A stretch of 64,000 bases of DNA from Rebecca billardiae RCC1528 (Eukaryota; Protista; Haptophyta), in NCBI GenBank assembly GCA_965240325.2, contig OZ251239.1, forward strand, positions 1,488,001 to 1,552,000, in the 5' to 3' direction. Made by a program: the position numbers and the translations under genes. The notes beneath the pieces were generated by a model. It was given only the letters and a program-made list of their open reading frames with translations, was not told the DNA's origin and ran no database searches. Below are positions 46,120 to 59,626 of the stretch, in pieces; the first letter of the stretch is position 1, and every line of letters begins with the position of its first letter.

Positions 46120-46878
46120 ATGGCGGCCTCTCGGAGCGCGCGTGTAACCTGGCTGCTCGCGCCGTTGATACTCCACGCAGCGCCGGCATCGGGCGCTCGA
46201 GCCCCCGCGAGTGCGGGGGCGTCGCGCGCGCGCCACCCAAGCGCGCGGATGTCCCTGCGTGAGGCCCCGCTCTCGGCGAGCGACGACGCGCTCGAGCGCT
46301 GGACGCGCCGATGGATCGACGTCGTCGTCACGGGGAAGAACCTGTGCCCGTTCTCCGCGCCGGTGCGCGGCACGCCGTCGCGCGTGGTCGTCACGCGCGA
46401 CGCGCCCGGCTCGCCGCAGCTGGCGGGCGCCATACACGCAGAGCTCCTCGCTCTGCACGCGACAGACCGCGCGCGGCCCGCGACGACATTTGTCCTGCTC
46501 GCCCACGCGGAGCTCGCCAGCTTCGAGGCCTACATGGAGGCTGTGGCGCCTCTGGCGCAGTCGCTCGCGTCGGAGCTGACGGACGGCGCCATCCAGGTCG
46601 TCCTCTTCCACCCGCACGCCGCGTGGGGCGACGGCGACGAGAGCCTGCGCGACGCCGCCGACTTCAGCACGCGCTCGCCGGTGCCGATGCTCCACCTGCT
46701 GCGCGACAGCGACGTGGTGGGCGCGGAGGCGGCGTGGGTGCGGCAGCACGCCGACGCCGCAGAGGTGCCCGACATCCAGCAGGCCAATGCGGCGTGGCTG
46801 CGCGGGATCGGCTACGAGGAGGCCGAGCGGCTCTGGCGCGCATGCTGGGACGAGGACGCGAGGAAGGCTGACGTGTGA
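46120..46878 (+). CDS. DUF1415-like protein with an N-terminal extension
   Basis: [38 protein letters not shown] and DIQQAN...L..IG. Intronless. Confidence 0.8.
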   Translation: MAASRSARVTWLLAPLILHAAPASGARAPASAGASRARHPSARMSLREAPLSASDDALERWTRRWIDVVVTGKNLCPFSAPVRGTPSRVVVTRDAPGSPQLAGAIHAELLALHATDRARPATTFVLLAHAELASFEAYMEAVAPLAQSLASELTDGAIQVVLFHPHAAWGDGDESLRDAADFSTRSPVPMLHLLRDSDVVGAEAAWVRQHADAAEVPDIQQANAAWLRGIGYEEAERLWRACWDEDARKADV

Positions 46879-47209
46879 CGCGCATCAGCCCTGCATCACA
46901 GAAGTGGCGCGCCTTACAGGCGGCGGCCGGCGCGGACATGCTGAATGAAGACTTCGTGTGAAACGTATGGGGGGCGGGGGAGACGTTCCGACTTCCGCTG
47001 GAACACTTCTCGAAGGTTTTGATTGACGATTTTACCCAGGATGCGTGATCGTCATTAGCGCAACCCCTGGCTGCGTTCGTCAATGATTCTGCTACTACTG
47101 CGTAACAGTCGACGAACCTTCCGCCAAAAGGTGCCCATTCACTGCGGTTCGACCAGTCCACCACAACCACATCCTCATCCCGTGGGGCAGGGCGAGCCTC
47201 ACAGCAAGC

Positions 47210-48557
47210 ATGACGCTCCCGCCGCTCGTCGGGCTGATACAGGAGTCGCCGGCGAAGCTGGCGGACGAGCCCGCGCTTCGCTCGCGCCGGCGCGCCGCCT
47301 TCCGCGCGCTTGACGCCATCGCCGAGCTCGGCCTGCCCGACGACGTGCTCGACGGGCTGCCCCGGCACGTGCGCGCCGTGTGGCACGCGGCCGGCGCAGT
47401 GCTCGCAACGGCCGATGCGTTCCCCGAGGCGGCGTACGTCGTGCTCGCCGGCGCGGTGGAGATCGACGAGCCATGCATCACCAACGACCCGTCCGCCGAC
47501 GCGGAGGAGCGCCGCCTCGTGCGCACGCTCTGCGCGGGCCGTTCGTTCGGACTGCTGCAGCTGGTGGAGCACTATGCGCACAACGAGTACGTGGCGAGGG
47601 CGCTGGGCGCGTGCGGCGGCAGCGGGTGCTGGCTGCTGGAGATCTCGCGCGCGGTGGCGCTCGCGCACCTCGTCGGCCCGTTCGAGCGCAAGCTCGGCGA
47701 GAAGGCCTCGCTGCTCCGCACGCGGCCCCTCTTTGCCGACTGGGCGCCCGCGTCGTTGCTCCGTCTGGCTGACCAGCTCGAGCCCAAGACGCTGGCGGCG
47801 GGCGAGGTGATCTGCTGGCAGGGCGCGCCGGCGGACTACTGCTTCATCGTGGCCGATGGCACCGTCGACATCGCCGTCCACGCCTCGGCGGACAACCCGA
47901 TGCCGCCGATCTACGACGCGCCACGCGAGGGCGGCGCGCGCGCGCGCGCGCACTGGGCACTGCTCCGGCAGTGCACCGGCCGGCGCGGCGTGGACACGCG
48001 CAAGCCGCTGCGCCACCTGGCGACGCTGCAGAAGGGCGCGCTGGTGGGCGAGGCGGCGCTGCTGCAGGAGGGCCTGCGCCGCAACGCCACCGTCCTCGTC
48101 TCGACGCCCGCGCCAGCCGCGGCCGAGGGCGGCGCGGGCGAGGGCGCGGCCGCGGCCGCGCCCGGCGGCGGCGGCGGCGCGGCCGCGCCCGGCGGCGGCG
48201 CGGCCGCGAGCGCGCCCGCCGGTGGCGGCGGCGGTGCGGCGGCCGCCGAGCCGAGGGGCGCGCAGGTGCTCGTGCTGGGCAAGTCGCTCTTCCTCGCCGC
48301 GCTCGACGAGCAGATGCTCGCCGCCGCGCGCGCGCAGGCCGCGTTCGACCTCGCGTGCAGCAAGCCGCCGCTCGGCCGCACGGACGCGGACGTGGACGCG
48401 CTGCTGGGCCGGCTGCGCGCGCATGCAGTTTGCGCCGAGCTGCCGGCGGCGGGGCTGCGCGAGCTGGCGAAGGGGCTCAAGTACGCGCGCGTGAGCGCGG
48501 GCGCGCGCGTGCGCGCGCCGCCCGCCCTCTCGCTCGCCCGCGCCGCCGACTACACCG

Positions 48558-48595
<38 letters not shown>

Positions 48596-51487
48596 AGCGG
48601 CAGCGGCAGCGTTCTCGGCTTTTCGCAGACAGATGTCCTGCTGGTCCTGTCCGGCGCTCTGTCCGTGACGTTCTTCCTGCCGACGGAGTGGGAGGGCGGT
48701 GCGGGCGGGCCGCCGGGCCGGCCGCGCCGACCCGTCGCGTGCGCGTGGGAGGGCTTCGAGCGCCCCGCCGCCGCGGGCGAGCTCGTGGGCGACCTGTGCG
48801 CCGCCCTCGGACGGCAGAACGACTGCGCGGCGCGCGCGACCGCGCCGTCCGAAGTGATCGGCTTCAGTCGCTCGACGCTCGCGCGGTGCGGGCTGGCGAG
48901 CTCGGTGGTGGCGCGGTGGCGCGAGGCGGCGGCGGAGCTGGCGCGCTGCTTGCCCATGGCCCCCGCGCCGCCGCAGCCGCCGCCGCAGCCCGCCGCCTCG
49001 CCGCAGCCCGCCGCCTCGCCGCTCGTCTCAGCCGACGTGCTCGCCGCCATTGCCGCGAGCGGCGCCCCGCTCGGCGGCGCCGGCCGCGCGCGCGCTCGCT
49101 ACCTGAGCGAGGCGCCGCCCGAGTCGGGCGGCGTGGGCGAGGCGCCCTTTGAGCCGGGCGAGGGCGGCGCAGGGCCCTCGTCCTCGTCGCCGGGGCGGCG
49201 CAGCGCGCGCCTCTCGACCGGCGCGCTCTCGCCGCTCTCGCCCGGCCGCCGCCCAACCCGCCGCTCCTACGCCGCGCCCGCGCCCGCCACGCCGGGCGAG
49301 AAGCTGCGGACCGTCGTGAGCGACGCTCGCGCGGCCGCGCAGCTCGAGAGTGTGCAGGCGATTGCGGAGGCGACGGCGAGCGCGGTGGAGGCGTACTGGC
49401 TCAGCATGGCGCGCCTCTTCGAGCCCGCGCTCGTCGGCCGCTCACAGGTGCTGATCGAGGGACAGAGCACGAGCTGGGCGGGCGAGGGCGCGGACGAGGG
49501 CCGCCGGCCCGCGCGCCGCTCGGCCGCGTCCGCCGCGCCTGGGCGGCGGAGCGCGCCGCGTCCGAGCGCGCTCGCGACCCTCATCGTCGGCGGCGAGGCG
49601 GAGGTGCGCGTGGACGGCGACAGCACGGTCGAGGCGGCGCACTCGGCGGCGACGCAGTCGGAGCGCGCCGAGCTGCTGCGCAGGCGCGTGTTTGCAGGCC
49701 CCCTCTCGCGCAACGCTGTCACAGCCAAGGCGCCCGCGCCTCGGCACGCGGCCGCGCCGCCGCCCGCGCCGCGCGAGCTGTCCCTCTGCCGGCTGGGCGC
49801 GGGCACGCTCGTCTCCGCCAAGCTGGTCGAGCGGCTGTGCCCGCAGCACGCCTGGCGGATGGTCGCGCTCGCGGGCGGCGTGCGCGCGCTCACGATCAGC
49901 GAGCAGGAGCTGCGGCGCGTGCTCGGGCCTGCCGGCATGCGGCTGGTCGAGTCGAACCTGAGGGCGCTGGGAGCGCACGTGCAAGCGCGCGCGGGCGACG
50001 TCGCGGGCGCGCTCGTCAACTCTGCGGCGCGGCCGGCGACGGCGAGCGCGGCCGCGCCAGCGCTCAAGCCGGCGGCAGGCGCCAAGCCGGCGGCGCCCGC
50101 GCTCGCGCCGCCGCCGCCGCCGCCGCCGCTGCCGCCGCCGCCGGCCACGCCGCCGCTCGTCGCGCCCGCCGTCCTCGCCGCCCTCGCCGCGGGCGGCGGC
50201 GCGCCGTGGGGCGGCGAGCGCGCCGCGCAGCGCCCGCGGCACGTGAGCGAGTCAGCCGCCGAGCTCGGCGGCGGCACGGCGTGGGCGCCGCTCGGCTCGG
50301 CGCGGCGCGGCGCTCGGCTCTCCCTCTCGCCCGAGGGCCGGCCGCGCACCCTCAACCGCCGCGCCGCGCGCATGTCCACCTCCGCACTGCCGGACGACTA
50401 CCTGGGCCGCATGGCCGCCGCCGAGGCCGCGGCCGAGGCGGCCGGCGGTGCCATGCCGGGCGCGAGCGCCTCGCCGCGCGCGGGCGCACACCGCTCGGTG
50501 ACGCTCGCGTCGTTTGGGGGGGGGGCGGCCGCGGCCGCGCCGCCGCTCGAGCCGCCGCCGCGCGCCGCCGCCGCCGCGCAGCGCGGCGCGTCGGCGCGGC
50601 CGGCGCGCCACAGCATGGGCGCGCTGTCCGACACGGCCGCGGCGGCGAGGGCGGCCGCGGCCGCGGCCGCGTCGTCGTATGCCGACGATCCGACGCACAA
50701 CCCGATGCCGACGCGACCGCGCACGGCACAGCAGCTGCCGGGCACGCCCGAGCGCGCGCGCCGATCCTCCACCTACGCGGCGCTCGGCGCGATCGCGGCG
50801 AAGCAGGCGGCGGAGGTGGCGGCGGCGCCGCAGCCGCCGCCGCCGCCGCCGCGCCCGCCACCCGGCCGCACGCCGTCGACGCTCGCGCTGCCGCCGCGCA
50901 CGCCGTCGTCGCTCCTGCCACCCGACGGACGGGACGGGGCGGCGGCGCTGCGGCCACTCACCGCCGGCGCGGCGCACGCGGCGGCTGGCGCGACCGACGC
51001 CGGCTCGCGGCCGGGCAGCGCGGCGCTGCGGCGGGCAAGAACGCCGCCGGCCGACCTGAGGCGGCAGGCGACGGCGGGCGCGGCGGCAGCTCCGCGCGCC
51101 TACTCGCCCGCGCCCTCGCCGCACGGCGCGCGGCGCGCGCGGCACTCGCTGGGCACCTGGCAGCCGCACCCGCCGCCGAGTCCTCCGCTCGCGCCAAGCT
51201 TCGCGCCGACGGCGCTGCCGTCGTCGCCCTCCACGCCCAGCCGCGAGCTGCGCCGCTCGTTGACGCTCACGACACGCCGCCCGGGCACGGCCGCGGCCGC
51301 CGCCCCGCTCGGCAGCACCACACCGGCGCGGCTGTCCATCTCCCGGCCCAGGGCGGCGACGGCGCAGTCCGGCGCGGGCGCACCGCCGGCACTTGGGCTC
51401 GCGGACGCGCCGCTGGCGGGCACCAGCCTGCAGCACCCGCAGGGGCGCGCGATGAGCACGCAGCCCGCCAAGGTGCTCGCGGCGTGA
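47210..51487 (+). CDS. Large protein with several degenerate cyclic-nucleotide-binding domains and a disordered Pro/Ala/Arg tail
   Basis: AYVVLAGAVEI..LCAGRSFG, GEVICWQGAPADYCFIVADGTV..LQKGALVGEAALL..RRNATV and LVLSGALSV..GELVGD. The ORF is 1425 aa and uninterrupted, although in-frame introns cannot be excluded. Confidence 0.75.
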
Positions 51488-52038
51488 CGAAGGGCGTGCG
51501 CGCCCCAGTCGAGGCGCGTCCGCGGCCACATCCCGTGCCCCAGCGGCGGTGTCGCGCACTTGGGACGCGTAGCTACTAGCTGACCGACCGCGGCACGAGC
51601 CGGCGTCAGGCTCTCGCTCGCTGCGGACGGTGTGTGCCGGGCAAGCCGCTGAGGTGGCGCCACGGCCGCTCCGCGGCGCCGCGGTCCGCACTGCCAGCCG
51701 CCGGACGGCGCCCCACGGCGGGCGGCACTGGGCAGCAGGCGCCAGAGTCCGCGCCGCCGTCACAGTTCCGCCGAGTCGATCGGCACTGTGATGGCTACTT
51801 TCAGTATTCGCCAGGCCACTCGGCACAGGCGCCGCGGCTTCGGTCAAGCGCTTACTACGAGAAACTCATGCAGCAGCCGTACGTGTAGAAGCAGCTTCCA
51901 ACCGCGCAGCGGCGCCTTGCTGCCGACGAGGCGGCTGAAGCCCTGCCTGGCCTGCCTCCGACGCCATGCGGATGCTGATCCAAGGTTGGCCGAATTGGCC
52001 ACTCAGCTGTCCAACGGTCGTCCCATTCGAACACCACG

Positions 52039-53845
52039 ATGGGAGACAGCGGCGCGACGACGCCGCGTATGAGCTCCTCCGCGATGAGCACGCCGGCGCG
52101 GGCGGGCGCGCCCGCGGCCGAGGCGGAGGGCAAGGGCGCGCGCGTCTCCCCCTCCGCCGCCATCGACCGCCTGCCCCGCCAGCTCTCCGCCCTCGAGGCG
52201 CGGCTCGCCGAGTGCGTCGACGGCCTCGAGGCGTCGCACGGCCAGCTGCTGCAGGCGCGCTCCGACGCCAAGTCGAACGTCTCGCAGGCGACGCGCAACG
52301 TGATGGGCAAGCGCGCGCTCGCGCAGCTGAGCGAGTGCAAGGACGCGCTCGGCGGCGTCGCGACCGACGTGCGCGCCGTGCGCGAGTGGTCGGACGAGCT
52401 GCGCGCGGCGTGCGCCGAGCTCGAGCGCGAGCGCGAGGCCGCGCTCACGACCGCCGCGCGCGCGCTGGAGGAGAGCAGCTCGATCGCGCAGCAGAGCGAG
52501 GCGACCACGGTCGACGTCGCCCAGCGCTCCGAGGCGCGCGTCGCCGAGCTCAGCGGCCGCCTCGACTCGGCGCTCGCCGAGGCGCGGCTGCTGGCCGCGC
52601 TGAACGACAAGCTGCGCGCGGAGGCGGACGCGGCGCGCGCGGCCAAGGAGGGCGCGGAGGCGCGCGCGGCGGCGGCGGCGGCGGCGCAGCGCGACGCGTC
52701 GGACAGCGCGCAGGGCGAGTCGCACAGCCGCGCGCGCGACCGCGCCCTCCTCGCGCGCCTCGCGACGGACAACGCACTGCTGCTCGCGCAGCTCGAGGGT
52801 GCGCGCGCAGAGGCGGCGCGTCTGCGCGAGGAGCGCGCGGCGGAGGGGCGCGAGGCGGAGGCGCGGCTCGAGGCGTTCAAGGAGGCGCTGCAGGCGTCGC
52901 TGCTCGACGACTGGGGCACGTCGGCCACGCTGCAGGCCGAGCTCGCCGACGCGCGCGCCGCGGCCGACGCCGAGCGCGCGCGCTCGCGCGCAGCGGCCGA
53001 CGCCCTCGCCGCCCGCGCGGAGGCGCTGGAGGCGTCCCTGGCAGACTCGGAGGCGCGGCGCGTGGAGGCGGAGCGCGCGCTGGCGACGGCGCTGGAGGAG
53101 GCCGGGCTCGCGGCGGCCGGGCTGCAGCGCGAGCTCTACACCGCGGCGCGCGCCAGCGCCGAGACGCGCGCCGCGCACACGCGCCTCTCACAACTCGAGG
53201 CGGAGGAGGCGCGGCGCGCGGAGCGACACGAGGCGCTGGCCGAGCGCGCGCGCGCCGCCGAGGCGAGCGTCGAGGCGGAGCGCGCGGCGCGCGCGACGCT
53301 CGCGGCGCAGCTGGACGGCGTGCTCGAGCGCGAGCGCGTCGCCCGGCGGATGTGCGAGCGGCTGCGCGAGGAGTGCGCGGCCGAGCATGACCGGTGCGCG
53401 CGCGCGCGCCGTGCGAGCGCGCGGCCGCGCCCGAGGGTCGACGCGCGCGCGGCGCGACCGCCTGCGCGCGTTGCGGTGTGTGCCACGCCGGAGCGCGCGT
53501 GGCTCAGCGCCGCCGCCGGCGCGCGCCCGCCCCGCGCGCTACGGCCCCGCCCGCAGCGTGCTGCAGGCCGAGGCGCAGCACGAGGAGACGCGCAAGCGGC
53601 TGGGCGGCAGCGAGCACGAGCGCGCGCTGCTGGGTGCGCAGCTGGCCGCTGTGTTGCCGCTGCTGCCGACGGGGCAGGAGGCGGCGCTCAAGGCAGCGGC
53701 CCAGGCGGCGAAGGGGCGGGGCGGCCCGCGCGCGCCCGGCGCGCCGGCCGGCAGCGGCGGCGCGCGAGAGGGCGGCGTCGACGCGCAGCCCGCCGTGCTG
53801 CCTGAGCCGCTGCCGCTGCACCCCTCCGCGCCCTCGGCGGCATGA
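52039..53845 (+). CDS. Coiled-coil protein of unknown function; exons 52039-53393 and 53557-53845
   Basis: Long E/A/R/L heptad-rich ORF. Intron 53394-53556 (GTGCGC..CCGCAG) restores the frame to RVLQAEAQHEETRKRL. Confidence 0.75.
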
Positions 53846-56800
53846 CCCGTGCGGGCGTGCCGGCTGCTGGCTCTCGGAGTACGGGTCTGCGTATTGGCGG
53901 CTTCTGCGCCGCACAAGTGCAAGCGCAATGCCCATGGTGTTGCCGACGGCGCAGCGGCTCGCACCTGGCTGGTGGCGCCACCAGGCACCACTGCCCAAGT
54001 GCCCAGTGCCCAGGCGTCACCGGAGATCAGTCAGTGAGGTGAGGGAGGGAGCTGACTCCGCTCGAGCTGTCACTCGGCGGCTCGGTGACGGTGCGTGTGA
54101 AGCCTGTGTCTGTGTGACGCCGAGCCTGGCGAGCTCGTTCGTACTCGTGCACTCGACCAGCGGCCCAAATGAGCGGCGCCCGATTAAGGCCCGCGCAGCC
54201 TGGCCCCCGTGGGCCAGTCATGAGTCAACGCGAATAACTGTAGTGAATCATATCACTTATCATATGTCATATGCCGATATGCGCATGGGATGCAGTAGTG
54301 ACTAGTGAGTAGCAGTGCTTCCGATTTGACTCAAGAGTCGTCAAGTGACCGAGTTCCGTCTCAGTCTGCACGTGTTATATATCGTGTACATGGCGACGGC
54401 TCGCACTTGGCCGGACCGTATACTCCTCGATGTGACTGATTTGATGATGTGACTCTGACAATGTGACTGCGCTGCTGCCCAAGGGGCTGTCGGACCGTTG
54501 GGTGCGCCTCTACGCCTCTACGGTATACTGTCTACGTCCGCCTTCATCGGGCGTGACGCAGTGCACTACTGTCTACTCCACCGAGTACCGTGGCTCATCG
54601 CCGCCGACGGCCGGCTCCCGCGCGCGGTGGCAGTTGGCACATCTGCTCCCTCCTGCCACTGAGTCTGATGGCGGAGTGTCCGTCTGCCTTGATCGCGGTT
54701 CAGGCTATGCTCTGCCACCGGCGCCGACTTCGTGTCGACGACCGGGCACTGCCGACGACGAATCAGGAGACCTGCGCCGTCTTACCTGTGTCGTTCATTC
54801 AATCTACCAGGTCGTTCCCCGTGCACTGGGAATCCGCGGTTTCGCCCTATTCAGAGCGCGAGGCCGCGGCATAGCAACGCAGATTTAGTCTTCCGCTTCG
54901 TCTATCAGACCACTTGAACGATCTAATCGAGCTTTCCAATTGAAAATGACGAAACTAGATCCATCCATTGGAGAAGCCAAATCCCGAGCGCGGCAAAGCC
55001 GTGGAACGCAGTAATCAGCCTCGTCAGCGATAGTCCGCTCACGAAATCGATGCGCTGGAAATGAGTTCTTCGTGTGCAACCTGGAGGCGGGAGCCCTCCG
55101 CCGCGGGTGCGGAGCACCGATTCTGACCCGCCCCCTGCGGCTGCGGCCGGGCACGAGTGCGATGCCGCTGGCCCCGGCTGGGGGGCGCGCCCGGGCCAGG
55201 GCACTGCGGGCGCGGATGTGCTCGCGGAGCCGGCGTGCGTGGACGGGCTGTTGCGGGAGAGTATCTGCCGCCCTCCTGCGCCGTGCGACTTGCGCCACGC
55301 CTCTTTCGCCTCGGCTCAGGGCAGCGCACACGCGCGCGCCGCCTCCGAAGGCCAGCCTTGCCTGCGCCGCAGCCGGTCGCGCGCGCGCCGTGCGCGGCGT
55401 GGTCGGGAAGGAACGGGGGGTGCTGCCGGGCGAGATGGCGACATCATGTGCGCACGCCATGCCGCCGCGCCACGCCTTGCCGAGCGTGTCGCCGGTCCGT
55501 TTGCACGCCTCTTCCAGTTGTCACAAATGGTGTCAGGTGTGCCGCACGGCCTCGCGGTCAGGACCGCTGGGGGGCGCGCCCGGGCCAGGGCGCTGCGGGC
55601 GCGGATGTGCTTGCGGAGCCGGCGTGCGTGGACGGGCTGTTGCGGGAGAGTATCTGCCGCCCTCCTGCGCCGCGCGACTTGCGCCACGCCTCTTTCGCCT
55701 CGGCTCAGGGCAGCGCGCACGCGCGCGCGCCGCCTCCGAAGGCCAGCCTTGCCTGCGCTGCAGCCGACCGCGCGCGCGCCGTGCGCGGCGTGGTCGGGAA
55801 GGAACGGGCGCGGCTGCCGGGCGAGATGGCGATATCATGTGCGCACGCCATGCCGCCCCGCCACGCCTTGCTGAGCGTGTCGCCGGTCCGTTTGCACGCC
55901 TCTTCGAGTTGTCACAAATGGTGTGCACGCGGCCTCGCGGTCGTGACCGCCTTGTCGGGACGATCATTGAGACACAGAACAGTGCCAGACGGGCACGCGG
56001 GAAACTCTTACATGAATGTTCATCACTGCGTGGTCATGTAGAAGTGCTGGGTGCGACGCTTTCCTCGCGCGGATGCACTTTCATCATCTTCTTCGAGCTC
56101 AGGTCTGGCTTCAGGCACGACAAGAAAGCAGCACTCGTCAACAGCTGTGCGGATCCGTTATCGTGCCCTTTCCCGGCGCCGCGGGGCGGCATGGCGTGCG
56201 CACATGATGTCGTCATCTCGCCCGGCAGCACCCCCCGTTCCTTCCCGACCACGCCGCGCACGGCGCGCGCGCGGTTGGCTGCGGCGCGGCAGTGCTCGGG
56301 CCTCGAGGCGGCGCGCGCGTGCGCGCTGCCCTGAGCCGCGGCGAAAAGAGGCGTGGCGCGAGACGCGCGGCGCAGGAGGGCGCCAGATACTCTCCCGCGA
56401 CAGCCTGTCCACGCAAGCCGGCTCCGCGAGCACATCCGCGCCCGCAGCGCCGTGCGGCGTGCCCCGGGCGCGCCCCGCCAACGGCGCTCGGCCGCCTTGC
56501 CGCTGCCCGCCTGCCGCCGAGGGCAAAAGGTCAAGATTTGGTCGGCCCTCGCCTGCCGAGCCGCCACCGGGGGCTCCGCCCTGCCTTCTATCTCGTTGCG
56601 GCTACCGCGCGCGCGTCGCGCTCCTTCTGGCGATCCGGTGTTTACGATAGGCGGATGCAGGGGTTGCCTGGGGCCGCCAGTCGCCACGGGGGGGGGCAGG
56701 GCGGCGAGGCAGCGCCCGCCCGGCAGCACATCGCCCCCCCCGTGGACGCTGACTCAAGCCGCACCCACCCCAGCGCGGCGATCCCACGCCAGGGAGGGCG

Positions 56801-58944
56801 GGCGGGAGGCGGAGGAGCGCCGCTGGCTGTCCGTGAGTGTGCCGGCGCCGCCGCGGCCTGCCGCCCGGGGGCCCCGGGCCCGGGCGGGGCCGCTGTGCTC
56901 AGGCGTCGGCCGGGGCAGGGTGCGCCGGGGGGCAGTCGCGGCGGAAGCGGTCGGCTGCACGACGTGGGCTGCCCTGACCGGCCCCGAAGGTGCGCCTGTC
57001 ACGCCGAGGGTCGGCCCTCCTGCAGGTACGCTCACTTTCCGCTTGGTACCCGCGCCGCAAAGGCGAGCTGCTTCCGACTCACATCTCGTCACCGTGCGGT
57101 CACTCCGGCGATGCCGCTGCGAGCGCCGAGCCCGCGTCCGGCCAGGTATACGCCCACCTAGCGGGGAGGGGCACGGGCGGCGGCGGAGCAGCGACGCGGC
57201 AGTCATAACGCGATAACCGCCGCGGACTGCCAAACCCACCACTCCCGTCGCGTCGGCCATCGCCCCATAACCGCGCGCGCGTCGCGCTCCTTCTGGCGAT
57301 CCGGTGTTTACGATAGGCGGATGCAGGGGTTGCCTGGGGCCGCCAGTCGCCACGGGGGGGGGCAGGGCGGCGAGGCAGCGCCCGCCCAAAGAGGCGCAGC
57401 GCCAGGCGCCACGCCGGCGTGGCCGGCGTCGGCCGGCGCGGCCGAGGCCAGGCCCGGCCCCGACCCCCAGAGGCGCAGCGCCCTGCCCACCACCACGCCG
57501 CACGCCGCCGGTGTGAGGCCGCGGAGCGGCGGACTGGGTGCCCCCCCCCCTCCCCCCCAGCGCTCAGCCCTTGCCAGAGGTCGCCGAGAGCCCGCAGCGA
57601 CCGGCGGACCACAGGACCACTGGCGTAACCCGCCCGTCGTCGCGCGCCGGCACAGGCCAGGCGAAGCGCTGCAGGTGACCCGCAGGCCACGCCGTCCACT
57701 TGCCCGACGAAACCGCCCAGCAGCACGCGCGCACCGCCGCCGCCGCCGCCGGCCGGCGAGAGCGCATGCGCCCGAGCCGTCGCGGAACACACCCGAGCCG
57801 ACATGAGGCGCAGGTATCGACGTCGGCTTGCCGACAACGTCGTCAACCCCGCGCCTGCAGACCGCACGAGCGCCCGTGAAAGCGCGCCGAAAAGGGGCGT
57901 GCGAGGTGACGCGCACGGTGCGCGAATGGTGATGGCCGTGCGGCGCACGAATGACGATCGGTGCGCGCGCACGATGAGCGGTGCACGCGCGGGCGGATCG
58001 GAGCGCGCGCATGATAAACGGCGCATGATACTCGGCGCGCGCGCATGACGGCGCGCGCGCATGATGATCGGCGCTGGTCGGTGCGCGCGCATGATGATCG
58101 TCACGCGATGATCGGCGCGCGCGCATGACCATGCGCGCGCGTGACGAATTCGCCGCAACGGCTCGCGCGAGAGGCACAAGGCGATTGACGATGAACGCGA
58201 CCACGTTCGAGCGCTCGAGCGAAGCAGGAGGTGATGAGTGAGGAAGATGGCACAGGAATGGGAGAGGAACGCGTGGCGCGTGGCGGGAAGGGCCAGGCAC
58301 GCTCGGCGTGAGGAAAGGAACGCGCGTAGAAACGGAACGGAACGGAAAGCAGCGGTTCGAGCGATAGACAGGAGGTGATTGACGACGATGAGCGCGTGCG
58401 CGCTCGAGCGACGCAGAAGGTGACGAGCGAGGAAGACCAAGGCCAGGTGAAAGCGCCGCAGGTGGCCAGCGGGCCACGTCGCTTTTCGCGCCCGAAAACG
58501 CCCAGCAGCGCGCGCGCCCCGCTGCAGTGGCAGCCGACCGGCGAGAGCTGCATCCGCCAGAGCCGCCACGCGGCGCAGGTATCAACGCCGGCCCGCCGAC
58601 AACGTCGTCCCCGACACCCCGGCCACAGACACCACGTACACCCATGTAAGCGCGCCGAAAGGTGCGCGCGAGGATGGCGCACTCGGCACCCGAATGATGA
58701 TGATGGTTGCGCGGAGCACGAATGATGATCGGCGCGCGCGGGTATCAACGCCAGCCCGCCGACGACGTCGTCCCCCACGCCCCGGCCACAGACACCACGT
58801 ACGCCCATGTAAGCGCGCCGAAAGGTGTGTGCGATGATGGCACGCTCGGCACCCGGATGATGATGCGATGGTTACGCTGAGCACGAAGTGATGATCGGCG
58901 CGCGCACATGATGATGTTCGGCGCGCGCGCATGAGAAGACAGGT

Positions 58945-59491
58945 GCGAGTGACGCGCGGAGAAGATGCGCGCGGAGACGATAGGCGCGGAGGACATAGGC
59001 GCAAGTAACGCGCGGAGGAGATAGGCGCAAGTAACGCGCGGAGAAGATAGGCGCAAGTAACGCGCGGAGACAGGCGCAAGTAACGCGCGGAGAAGATAGG
59101 CGCAAGTAAACGCGCGGAGAAGATATAGTAGGCGCAAGTAACGCGCGGAGACAGGCGCAAGTAACGCGCGGAGAAGATAGGCGCAAGTAAACGCGCGGAG
59201 AAGATATAGTAGGCGCAAGTAACGCGCGGAGACAGGCGCAAGTAACGCGCGGAGAAGTAGATAGTATAGGCGCAAGTAACGCGCGGAGGAGGTATAGGCG
59301 CAAGTGACGCGCGGAGACAGGCGCAAGTAACGCGTGGGGAAGTAGATATAGTAGGCGCAAGTAACGCGCGGAGAAGTAGATAGGCGCAAGTGACGCGCGG
59401 AGACAGGCGCAAGTAACGCGCGGAGAAGTAGATAGTAGGCGCAAGTAACGCGCGGAGATGAGATAGGCGCAAGTGACGCGCGGAGAAGATA
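58945..59491. repeat. Minisatellite with core AGGCGCAAGTAACGCGCGGAG and variable purine spacers
   Basis: About 20 tandem copies with a period of roughly 23-33 bp. Confidence 0.95.
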
Positions 59492-59539
59492 GGGTGCGCA
59501 CACGATGATCGGCGCATGATGATCGGCGCGCGCGCGAGG

Positions 59540-59626
59540 GATAGACAGATAGACAGATAGACAGATAGACAGATAGACAGATAGACAGATAGACAGATAG
59601 ATAGACAGATAGATAGACAGATAGAC
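59540..59626. repeat. (GATA/GACA)n microsatellite
   Basis: Direct reading of the sequence. Confidence 0.95.

Noticed and set aside
58945-59491. CRISPR-like array (constant 21-bp core with variable spacers)
   Set aside because: The spacers are only about 2-12 bp, repetitive and purine-rich. The context is eukaryotic and there are no cas genes, so this is a minisatellite.
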